Shown: positions 43,357 to 51,666 of the stretch, in pieces | How the letters are laid out: every line of letters begins with the position of its first letter | Position numbering within the stretch: the stretch's first letter is position 1 | Source of the DNA: an uncultured Acidobacteriota bacterium | GTDB lineage: Bacteria > Acidobacteriota > Terriglobia > UBA7540 | Assembly: GCA_963804995.1 (NCBI GenBank) | Contig: CAWDSK010000003.1 | Span: 96,001 to 160,000, forward strand | Reading direction: 5' to 3' | Length of the DNA stretch: 64,000 nucleotides | Translations under genes and position numbers: made by a program | Notes under the pieces: generated by a model | Database searches by the model: none | What the model saw: the letters and a program-made list of their open reading frames with translations, nothing else | Told to the model about the DNA's origin: nothing

Positions 43357-44327
43357 TGTCACCTGTTCGTTTAACCGATCTCACTCTGGAAATCACAAAT
43401 GCCTGCCATCATCGATGCGTGCATTGCAGTACGTATGGTGGGATACCTCGCGAAAACGAACTGACCCAAGATGAGCGACTCGATGTTTTGCGGCAAGCTT
43501 GCGCACTTGGTCTAATAGAGCTGCGCTTGCTTGGAGGGGAGCCGCTCTTACGCAAGGAAGACACATTCGAACTACTTGCGGAAGCCAATCGGCTTGGCGT
43601 GAAAAAAGCTCTGATATACACTTCTGCCGCTGAGAACGACTTTGGGTGGCTGACGACGTTACGCAACTTTGCTCCCATGGAAGTCTCCGCCGAAGCGAGT
43701 ATATACTCGGCGACGCAAGCAGTACACGATGGAATCACGGTAAAACCGCTCTCATTTGAGCGGCTACTCTCCAATTCCAAAGAGGCAGTGCAGGTCGGAT
43801 TCGATTTGAATTGGAACTTCGTTTGGATGAAACCGAATTTTTGGGAATTGGGACCTGTAATAGCACTAGCCTCGAAGATTGGTATTAGAAGAGTGCGGAT
43901 CCTGCGCTTAATGCTGAATGGGCGGGCGCGAGAAAACAGGGACACGTTGGAACTGCCGGCCGAAATGGAAATCCAGTGCGAGACGATTCTTAATTTGTTA
44001 ACCTCTCGCTATCCGGACGTTTTCATAGCTCATTCGAAACCACTTGTATTTCAGCTTGGGAGAAGCAACCACGATCATGTGGCTTCCTGCAGCGCCGGTA
44101 AAGGCCAGATTATCCTGCAGGCAGACGGTAGAGTCCTTCCTTGCATCGGGATGAAGGACACGCCGCAGCTTGAAATTGGAAATGTACGCATCGAAACTAT
44201 CGAAGACATTTTCTCACGCGCTCGCGGAATGAATTTCCCAGGAATGTCACAAGAGTATCGGGAATGTCCGGCGATCCAATTTCAAAAAACGCCAGAACTA
44301 ATCCAACTAACTCCAGGGAGGATTTAG
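43353..44327 (+). CDS. Radical SAM protein with SPASM/twitch-like C-terminal domain
   Basis: LEITNACHHRCVHC (CX3CX2C), LLGGEPLL, CSAG...DGRVLPC, GNV, ECP. Confidence 0.93.
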   Translation: MMSPVRLTDLTLEITNACHHRCVHCSTYGGIPRENELTQDERLDVLRQACALGLIELRLLGGEPLLRKEDTFELLAEANRLGVKKALIYTSAAENDFGWLTTLRNFAPMEVSAEASIYSATQAVHDGITVKPLSFERLLSNSKEAVQVGFDLNWNFVWMKPNFWELGPVIALASKIGIRRVRILRLMLNGRARENRDTLELPAEMEIQCETILNLLTSRYPDVFIAHSKPLVFQLGRSNHDHVASCSAGKGQIILQADGRVLPCIGMKDTPQLEIGNVRIETIEDIFSRARGMNFPGMSQEYRECPAIQFQKTPELIQLTPGRI

Positions 44328-44329
44328 GA

Positions 44330-44767
44330 ATGTCACCAAAGAGGGACATTGAACGTACGCTTAGCAGTGATCAGGAGCGTGCCTATCTTGCCCAGAAACT
44401 CAGAGAGGCTCGCGAGTACCTGGGACTGTCGCAGGAATACGTCTCGCAGCAAACGAATATGACGCGGCCGGCCATTTCTGAAGCAGAGGCTGGCAGACGG
44501 AAGGTCGAGAGTCTTGAACTAAAAAGACTAGCAACCCTCTATGGCCGCCCCCTTAATTATTTCTTGCCGGATCAAAATGGGATTGATCTCGACGGGTCTC
44601 GCGACGGGGTTTCCGAAAAAATAAATAGTGATCAGACCGAAATAAAACTACGAAACCTAACGAGGGACTTGCCATCCGAAGATAGGGAAGAGATTATCCG
44701 ATTCGCCGAATACTTGCGCCACAAGAAACAAGTGTCACAAACGCGCCGGGGCGTTGCTGCAAGATAG
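44330..44767 (+). CDS. XRE-family HTH transcriptional regulator
   Basis: KLREAREYLGLSQEYVS...AISEAEAGRRKV...LATLYG. Confidence 0.92.
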   Translation: MSPKRDIERTLSSDQERAYLAQKLREAREYLGLSQEYVSQQTNMTRPAISEAEAGRRKVESLELKRLATLYGRPLNYFLPDQNGIDLDGSRDGVSEKINSDQTEIKLRNLTRDLPSEDREEIIRFAEYLRHKKQVSQTRRGVAAR

Positions 44768-44774
44768 GGATCCT

Positions 44775-45740
44775 ATGACTCGAGCCCAGTTGGTCACGGC
44801 TGCCAGCGGTGCAGCCTTGCTTGCCCATCGGAGGCACCATGTTGACCGCCAAAGGCGGATCGACGTGTTCGATATCCTCCGAGAGGTATCGAGCGAGGTT
44901 TTCTTTAGGCCGCTGCGAAAGGTGTGTGGTGCGTACCTTCCTAGTGACGGTCCTGTTCCTGCTGTCCTGATCAATTCGAATATGCCACTGAGTCGCCAAC
45001 GGTACACTGCTGCTCACGAGTTTGGCCATCTATTCTTAGGGCACAAAGTTGTAAGTCTTGATCAAGTAGTTGGCACCAGTTTTGAAGAACGTAAGAACTG
45101 GACCGATGAAGAGAACATCGCCGAAACGTTTGCTGCTTTCTTCTTAATGCCCCAGGGTTTAGTGGAGACCAGTCTACGTGAACTTAACGAAACGGAGATA
45201 ACCCCACAGACCGCTTACCTTCTGTCGCTGAAAATGGGCACTAGTTACTTGGCGACGGTCAATCACCTCCAAACTTTGAAGAAGCTGAATTATGCTGAGG
45301 CTGCCGAATTCCGAAAAATACAACCAAAAACGATAAAGGCGGAAATAATTCCCAGCGTTGCCAATAGGCACGACGTGTGGATTTTGGACGAGCGATGGAA
45401 TGATCAACCAATATACCCTGCGGTGGAGGACACGATTGTTGTTCGATTGGCTGAAACTCCCACTTCAGGGTATACGTGGGTTTGGCACAGGGACCCCGAA
45501 AGCCTTCGCGTCTTACAGGACGGATTCGCCGACGAACCCACACAGGAAATTGGGGGTGCCCGTGTACGCGAACTGGTAACGGAAGTATCGTCCGATGCCC
45601 ATGCTGAAAGAATCGATTTGGAACGGCGGCAACCGTGGGATGACAATGGCGAACCGTCAGCTCACTTCAGCGTGAATCTCTTCCCGCAGCAAATGAGGAA
45701 GAGCGGGCCTCTGGTCTTGCCGACGCTGGCCGCGAGCTGA
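44775..45740 (+). CDS. ImmA/IrrE-family metallopeptidase fused to chagasin-like (I42) cysteine-protease-inhibitor domain
   Basis: RQRYTAAHEFGH, EENIAETFAAFFLMP; C-terminal VRLAETPTSGYTW, IGG, RQPWD matching the three chagasin loops. Confidence 0.82.
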   Translation: MTRAQLVTAASGAALLAHRRHHVDRQRRIDVFDILREVSSEVFFRPLRKVCGAYLPSDGPVPAVLINSNMPLSRQRYTAAHEFGHLFLGHKVVSLDQVVGTSFEERKNWTDEENIAETFAAFFLMPQGLVETSLRELNETEITPQTAYLLSLKMGTSYLATVNHLQTLKKLNYAEAAEFRKIQPKTIKAEIIPSVANRHDVWILDERWNDQPIYPAVEDTIVVRLAETPTSGYTWVWHRDPESLRVLQDGFADEPTQEIGGARVRELVTEVSSDAHAERIDLERRQPWDDNGEPSAHFSVNLFPQQMRKSGPLVLPTLAAS

Positions 45741-45743
45741 ATT

Positions 45744-46418
45744 ATGCACATAAGTGTTCGTGGTGCACAAACTGGCGTAAAAGACCAATATGACCGACCA
45801 ACATGTGTTGCTTTCGCGGTAACTGCTCTTCATGAGTACACCCACGACGTGTTGAAGGAGCTCAAAAAGGCGTCCGAGATCGACCTCTCTGAGGAATTTT
45901 TGTATTATCATTGCAAGCGACTTGACGGGTTAGGACCGAATTCCACTGGGACAACGATTTCGGCTGCTTCCACGTCACTTGCAGCGGATGGGCAATCCCT
46001 TGAGAGTTTGTGCCCGTACAAGGTGTCGTGCCCACCGGGGTTAATTACTCCCCCAGATCCCGGCGCTTTTGCTGATGGAAAAGCCCGGCGCCTCTTGGGC
46101 CTTCAGCAGCTAAACCTCTCCCTGTCGAGCATCCAGAACTCTCTCACTCTTTCGAAGCCAGTAATCGCAGTGTTGGATTGGTTTTCTAACGCGTATGTCA
46201 CCCAACTTGGCCGAATCGAAATTCCACGGACAACGGACCGCCTCCTTGGACGGCATGCCGTACTGATAGTTGAACTTGAAGAGGAGCCACGGGCTGGATT
46301 GTGCTTGATCACTTTCAAGAATTCTTGGGGTGCTAAATGGGGCGATAGCGGCTATGGTAGCTTCGGATTGGATTACTTCAGTGCATATGCGCGAGAAATC
46401 TGGGGAGTGAGCACCTAA
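45744..46418 (+). CDS. Papain-like C1 cysteine peptidase
   Basis: VKDQYDRPTCVAFA (Gln/Cys), DLSEEFLY, GRHAVLIV (His), FKNSWGAKWGDSGYG (Asn). Confidence 0.92.
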   Translation: MHISVRGAQTGVKDQYDRPTCVAFAVTALHEYTHDVLKELKKASEIDLSEEFLYYHCKRLDGLGPNSTGTTISAASTSLAADGQSLESLCPYKVSCPPGLITPPDPGAFADGKARRLLGLQQLNLSLSSIQNSLTLSKPVIAVLDWFSNAYVTQLGRIEIPRTTDRLLGRHAVLIVELEEEPRAGLCLITFKNSWGAKWGDSGYGSFGLDYFSAYAREIWGVST

Positions 46419-46433
46419 AAGGAGAAGACCAAC

Positions 46434-47204
46434 TTGAGTAAGTTTTTTTCTTCGGCAACTTGCGCACATGCATGGGCCGACGCCATGGAGCACCTCATTG
46501 AATGTGAAGGGGGGAAGGATTTCAATCTTGTGATTGCGATCCAGAATCCGTGCGTTGAGATCCCAGAAGCAACGCGGGTTATAGATGAACTTGCTAAAGC
46601 CTGTGACCTAAAAGGCACGATGGAAAACGCAAACGCGATTTGGCCGTCGTTCTTCGCACGACCAAATAGGAAGAGCACTGAAGTGTTTGCTGACATTGAA
46701 CGCTTCGCGGTCCCGGCAATTAAGGCAGCGTGCAAGAATCGCCATGACTCCTATGTAGAGCGCCTAGTTGCTTGGCGAAGCGCAGATTCCAGCGAACCGG
46801 TTCCTCAGCTTCAGAACGTTTTGGCGCGACTTAAAAACGAGATTGGGAATCATGCCCCTAAGAGTTCGTCGTATGAAGTCTCAATTTATTCACCAGGTCT
46901 TGATGCGGGCTACATGAGTTTTCCATGTCTTTCTCACCTGTCCTTCAAATACGCTCACAATTGCGGCCTTCTTCATTTAACGGCCCTTTATCGGAATCAC
47001 GCCTACCTCAGCCACGCCTATGGAAATTTCATTGGATTGGGGAGGATGATGCAGTTTGCCTGCCGAGAGACGGGAACCCACCCAGGGGAACTCGTCTCAA
47101 TAAGCACCCACGCCGATTCAGAGATTGGTTCGGGGCGAAAATCTCGGACGCGTGAGGCGATTGTTCGCGTGAAGGAAATTTTATCCAAGCACCAGCAACC
47201 GTAG
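46434..47204 (+). CDS. Thymidylate-synthase-fold protein (divergent)
   Basis: FPCLSHLSFK, LHLTALYRNH, AYGNFIGL, GELVSISTHA follow the ThyA/hydroxymethylase core motif order; AAGGAG RBS. Confidence 0.8.
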   Translation: MSKFFSSATCAHAWADAMEHLIECEGGKDFNLVIAIQNPCVEIPEATRVIDELAKACDLKGTMENANAIWPSFFARPNRKSTEVFADIERFAVPAIKAACKNRHDSYVERLVAWRSADSSEPVPQLQNVLARLKNEIGNHAPKSSSYEVSIYSPGLDAGYMSFPCLSHLSFKYAHNCGLLHLTALYRNHAYLSHAYGNFIGLGRMMQFACRETGTHPGELVSISTHADSEIGSGRKSRTREAIVRVKEILSKHQQP

Positions 47205-47238
47205 CGCGGACCTGTTTTGCAGGTCCGCGGCTTTTTGT
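47205..47238 (+). terminator. Rho-independent terminator (GTAG-led hairpin)
   Basis: CGCGGACCTG-TTTTG-CAGGTCCGCG then GCTTTTT right after the operon's last stop. Confidence 0.75.
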
Positions 47239-47554
47239 TGTCGATGGGGGACGAGCCCGCTTTGGCCCGATTTCTGTTCATCATCGCGAACTCATAATTC
47301 ACCTTTCACCATTCACTCTTCACAATTCTCCCCGCCCATGCGAATATTCCCATCCAACCGCCAAGACCGAGGTTCAAACCATGGCCAACCCGGAGGAGCA
47401 GTGACAAGTGGCAACTACGATGGCAGGTGAGATTGGGTAGAACTGCGCCACCACCCGATTAATGGGAAGGTGAGCATGTTTGGTGCTACAATGATGAAAG
47501 GAAGCCCTGTGCTAGCAAGAAGCCACTTGGCCCAGGGGTTGCAGAGACGAATCC

Positions 47555-47782
47555 ATGACGATCACGGCAAAATATGAAGATGGCGTCTTCAAGCCCTTGG
47601 AGAACGTGCGCATCATCGAAGGGACGATAGTTGAGGTCCGCGTGCCCTCCGACGCCGGCCGTCCCGAGAACAAGGCGCAGTCGGTTGGGGATTTCGCCTT
47701 CTACGGCATGTGGAAGGACCGGACGGACATCGGTGACAGCGTGGAATACATCAGCAATCTCCGTCGTAATCTTCGGGGCTGA
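47555..47782 (+). CDS. DUF104/AF2212-like antitoxin
   Basis: MTITAKYEDGVFKPLE, FYGMWKDR. Confidence 0.85.
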   Translation: MTITAKYEDGVFKPLENVRIIEGTIVEVRVPSDAGRPENKAQSVGDFAFYGMWKDRTDIGDSVEYISNLRRNLRG

Positions 47783-47802
47783 AAGCTTCTTTCCAACTTT
47801 CC

Positions 47803-47885
47803 ATGCCTTACTTGATAGACAGCGATGTCCTGATTGACATATCAGCGCCATCACGGGATTGCGCCTGGAAATTCCTGGTTACTAG
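47803..47885 (+). pseudogene. VapC/PIN toxin remnant with internal deletion
   Basis: PIN start MPYLIDSDVLID joined out of frame to PIN-like end SAITGLRLEIPGY*. Confidence 0.65.
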
Positions 47886-48225
47886 CGCGACTTTGCCTTC
47901 CACCCTCCAAAACCGGTTAGTACCGCGCGGCGACGCCGCAACCAAAATCTTGGTCCAGGTCCAGGCCAAAGCGCCCAGACTTTCAGCTACACCGCGCCGC
48001 GAATTCCAAGCGATCCACCTGGCTGGTTAGACGCCAAGCCATGGACGTGCCCCGTGCACTCAAGCTCCCCGGGGTTCTGGGAATCAGCTCCTGGGTTGCC
48101 GCCCCAGCGTTTACCGATCCACGCAACTCTGGACGGTTGACGGGGGAAAACAAATCACCTGGCCGGTAACGGCAGGGGTGCGAGGCGCCTCCAGTCCGGC
48201 TTATTTTAACGCCTATGGAGGACCC

Positions 48226-48942
48226 GTGAGGGGGAAGTCAGGCTCCGCACTAAGAATTCATTACCTGCAACACGTTCCCTTTGAAAAACCCGCCAGAATC
48301 GCTACCTGGGCTCGCCGCCAAGGGCACACTTTCAAAGGGTCAGGCCTCTATCGCGGAGAACCTCTCCCTTCACTCGCTGATTTCGACTGGCTGGTTATCA
48401 TGGGCGGGCCGATGAGCGTGCACGACGAAGGCCTCTATCCCTGGCTTACCGATGAGAAAAAGCTGATCGAACGCGCCATAAAAGCACGCAAGCGAATTCT
48501 GGGCGTTTGCCTGGGCGCCCAGCTCCTTGCGGATGTTTTGGGAGCGAAGGTCTACCGGAATCCGCACAAGGAAATCGGCTGGTTTCCTGTAAATCTGACT
48601 CCTCACGCTACACCGTCAAGTCTGCTGGCTGACTTCCCGGAAAGCTTTAGGGCCTTCCACTGGCACGGGGAGACATTTGAACTTCCTAGGGGCGCACGGC
48701 ATCTGGCCACTAATCACGCCTGCAAGAATCAAGCCTTCGAATTCGACGGGACCGCGCTGGGCGTGCAATTCCACCTGGAGGTTACTCCGAGTGTCGTGCG
48801 GGCGTTAATCCAGAACTGTCGAGCTGACATCGGCTCAGGCCAATATCAGCAAACCCCTGATCAAATACTGGCGCGCCCTGAAGAGTTTGGTATGATTAGG
48901 CGGCTCTCGTATAGAATGCTCGATCGGCTTGCTGCGTCTTGA
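48226..48942 (+). CDS. Class I glutamine amidotransferase (start uncertain)
   Basis: LQHVPFE, IMGGPMSV, GVCLGAQ, HWHGE, QFHLE. Confidence 0.92.
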   Translation: MRGKSGSALRIHYLQHVPFEKPARIATWARRQGHTFKGSGLYRGEPLPSLADFDWLVIMGGPMSVHDEGLYPWLTDEKKLIERAIKARKRILGVCLGAQLLADVLGAKVYRNPHKEIGWFPVNLTPHATPSSLLADFPESFRAFHWHGETFELPRGARHLATNHACKNQAFEFDGTALGVQFHLEVTPSVVRALIQNCRADIGSGQYQQTPDQILARPEEFGMIRRLSYRMLDRLAAS

Positions 48943-49016
48943 GGCTGACAGCCGGCAAAACAGATATTCTCATCATCGAGCGAACATTTACGCAAAACAT
49001 CTGAAGGAGAGAAAGC

Positions 49017-49916
49017 ATGGCAGATCTTGAAGGCGAAAAAGAAACAAAGAATTTTTTCCTGGATGTTCCCTTTGAAAACCAGGCCTTTTTCCTGCGGGGC
49101 GCCGGAGCGCTCGATTGGGGCATGCAGAACCGGCTGGCCAAAATCTTCAGTCCGGCATCCGGGCGCACCGTGATGCTGGCGATCGATCATGGCTACTTCC
49201 AGGGCCCCACCACGGGTTTGGAGCGCGTGGACGTCAGCATCGTTCCCCTCCTTCCCTACACCAACGCCTTGATGTTGACGCGCGGCATGTTGCGAACCAC
49301 GATTCCCTCGGCTTTTTCCCAGGGGGTTGTGCTCCGGGCGAGCGGCGGCCCCAGCATCCTCAAGGAACTTTCCAACGAGCAAATCGCCATGGACGTCGAA
49401 GATGCGGTCCGGCTTAATGCGTGCGCCATGGCGGTGCAGGTCTTCATCGGCGGCGAATATGAGACGCAATCCATCCACAACATGACGCGCCTCGTGGACG
49501 CGGGCTTGCGCTGCGGTATTGCCACGCTGGGCGTGACCGCGGTGGGCAAGGATATGGTGCGCAATGCCAAGTACTTCCGCCTGGCCTGCCGCATCTGCGC
49601 GGAATTAGGGGCGCAAGTTGTGAAAACCTATTACGTGCCGGAAGGCTTCGAGACGATCACCGCCTCCTGCCCGGTGCCGGTGGTAATGGCGGGCGGCAAG
49701 AAACTGCCCGAACTCGAGGCTCTGACCATGGCTTACCGCGCGGTCAGTGAAGGCGCTGCGGGAGTCGATATGGGCCGCAACATCTTCCAGTCTGACGCGC
49801 CCGCTGCGATGATCCAAACCGTGGGAAAGGTCGTTCACGAACTCATGAAGCCTGAGCAGGCCTACGATTTCTATCAAACGCTCCGGCACGAGAAGCCGGA
49901 AACCATGGCGAAATAA
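49017..49916 (+). CDS. lsrF: LsrF-like class I aldolase/thiolase
   Basis: [57 protein letters not shown]. Confidence 0.88.
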   Translation: MADLEGEKETKNFFLDVPFENQAFFLRGAGALDWGMQNRLAKIFSPASGRTVMLAIDHGYFQGPTTGLERVDVSIVPLLPYTNALMLTRGMLRTTIPSAFSQGVVLRASGGPSILKELSNEQIAMDVEDAVRLNACAMAVQVFIGGEYETQSIHNMTRLVDAGLRCGIATLGVTAVGKDMVRNAKYFRLACRICAELGAQVVKTYYVPEGFETITASCPVPVVMAGGKKLPELEALTMAYRAVSEGAAGVDMGRNIFQSDAPAAMIQTVGKVVHELMKPEQAYDFYQTLRHEKPETMAK

Positions 49917-50032
49917 GAAGGCGGGAGTCAGGAGCCAGAATCGAAACTCGAAATTCGAAACTCGAAACTCGGCGTGTAAATTGCGAGTTTCGTCACTCCC
50001 GAGACTCCCGACTCCTCTTAACGAGGGACGGC

Positions 50033-50761
50033 ATGCCAAATCCCAAAGGTCTCGAACTGCTGCGCGACGCGGCGCCGACGGTCAGCGTGGGCGTGGTTAC
50101 GGCCAACCTTCTCTCCCTGGGATCGGAGATTAACCTCCTGGAGGGGACGGGCGTGAAGTTGGCGCACATCGACGTGATGGACGGGTGCTTTTGCCCCATG
50201 ATGACGGTGGGGCCGCCATTCATCAAGGCCATCAAGACTTCCCTGCTCAAAGACGTGCACCTGATGATTGACGAACCGCTCGAAAAGGTGGCGGAGTACG
50301 TCGCCGTGGGGGCGGACATCGTCACCTTTCATGTGGAAGCCTGCACGCACGTGCATCGAGTATTGCAAAAGTTGCGGACCCTCACGAACGCGAACGACCC
50401 GGAAAGAGGGATCGTGCGCGGCGTGGCGCTGAACCCCGGAACGCCACTGGAAACGCTCGACCCGCTCCTTGAGGAACTGGAACTCATCCTGCTGCTGGCT
50501 GTGAACCCGGGCTGGGGTGGCCAAAAATATAGCCCCTCCACTAATCGGCGCATCGCCCGGGTGCAACGCATGATCGCCGACTCAGGAAAGGAAATCATTC
50601 TCTGCGTCGATGGTGGCATTACCAAAGAAAACATCGCGGAGGTTGCTGCCACTGGGGCCGACTTAATCGTTACCGGCAGCGCGGTGTTCGACGGCAAAAC
50701 GCCAGAGGCCAATGCGCGCTTTATGCTGGAGGCCGTGGCGGCGGCAAGCCGCCGGCGCTAG
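50033..50761 (+). CDS. Ribulose-phosphate 3-epimerase family protein (Rpe/LsrE-like)
   Basis: HIDVMDG, DVHLMI, ALNPGTP, VNPGWGGQ, VDGGI, VTGSAVF. Confidence 0.9.
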   Translation: MPNPKGLELLRDAAPTVSVGVVTANLLSLGSEINLLEGTGVKLAHIDVMDGCFCPMMTVGPPFIKAIKTSLLKDVHLMIDEPLEKVAEYVAVGADIVTFHVEACTHVHRVLQKLRTLTNANDPERGIVRGVALNPGTPLETLDPLLEELELILLLAVNPGWGGQKYSPSTNRRIARVQRMIADSGKEIILCVDGGITKENIAEVAATGADLIVTGSAVFDGKTPEANARFMLEAVAAASRRR

Positions 50762-50791
50762 AAGCGTAGGGCGGCGGGGCCGCAACCAACG

Positions 50792-51540
50792 CGTCTCGTA
50801 GGGGCATAGGCGTTAACCTAAGAGTTCGATGCGTCCGAAAGCCCGCAAAGCGGGCGTAAGGTCGTAGCCCACTGCGTAAGCGGTGGGTAAAGAAATCGTG
50901 TAAAATTCCCGCCCAGCCCCGGAGGGGCGAAAGGACATGTCGCACACCTACACCAACCTGCTAACGCACGTTATTTTCAGCACCAAGTACCGCGAGCCAT
51001 TGATTACCTCGGCACTCCAAGACGATCTGCTCGGCTACGTGGGCGGAATTGTGCGCGAACTGGGCGGGGCGCTCCGGGCCGCGAACGCCCGACCGGACCA
51101 CGTGCACCTGCTCTGCTCGCTGCCGCCCACGGTTGGGACGGCGGACGCCTTGCGGGTCGTGAAGACCAATTCCTCACGTTGGCTACACCGCAGCCGGGGT
51201 TTTCCCCGATTCGACTGGCAAACCGGCTATGGAGCGTTCAGCGTCAGTCATTCCCTCGCACCCGCCGTTGTGCGGTACATTCGCGAGCAGGAGAAACACC
51301 ATCGCCGCGTAACGTTTCAGGAAGAATTCATAGACTTTCTGAAGAAGAACGGCATTGCGTATGATGAGCGCTACATTTGGGCGTGAATCCTTTCGCCCCT
51401 GGCGGGGCTTAGGGGAGAGAGGCGCGTCTTTTCCCACGGCTTACGCCGTGGGCTACGACCTTTCGCCCGCTTTGCGGGCTGTCAGCATTTCTGAGAGTTA
51501 GGTTAACGCCTATGCCCACGAGGGGTGCCCCTACGAGACG
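50792..51540. mobile_element. Y1 tnpA unit flanked by mirrored REP arrays and nested inverted repeats
   Basis: Mirror arms CGTCTCGTAGGGGCA/TGCCCCTACGAGACG, CATAGGCGTTAACCTAA/TTAGGTTAACGCCTATG, AGCCCGCAAAGCGGGCG/CGCCCGCTTTGCGGGCT, GGGGCGAAAGGA/TCCTTTCGCCCC. Confidence 0.8.
50937..51386 (+). CDS. tnpA: IS200/IS605-family Y1 (HUH) transposase
   Basis: HVIFSTKYR, PDHVHLL (HUH), WQTGYGAFSVS, RYIREQEKHH. Confidence 0.93.
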   Translation: MSHTYTNLLTHVIFSTKYREPLITSALQDDLLGYVGGIVRELGGALRAANARPDHVHLLCSLPPTVGTADALRVVKTNSSRWLHRSRGFPRFDWQTGYGAFSVSHSLAPAVVRYIREQEKHHRRVTFQEEFIDFLKKNGIAYDERYIWA

Positions 51541-51666
51541 TGCAAATTGTTTGCTAAAAGAACAAGGATTTACGGTATTGCATTGTAGAGGCCTCCTTTA
51601 GAGGGCATCAATTGTTGAAGGCTCGGAGACAGTTGTTTATTCAACCCTGACCACCTTGAGACTCCC

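Noticed and set aside
43353..44327. Calling the radical SAM enzyme a prokaryotic viperin or PqqE
   Set aside because: Only generic rSAM/twitch motifs are visible; no family-specific evidence, no pqq genes or nucleotide kinase in the operon.
40600..48100. Prophage or ICE call for the island
   Set aside because: No integrase, att repeats, structural or conjugation genes were visible.
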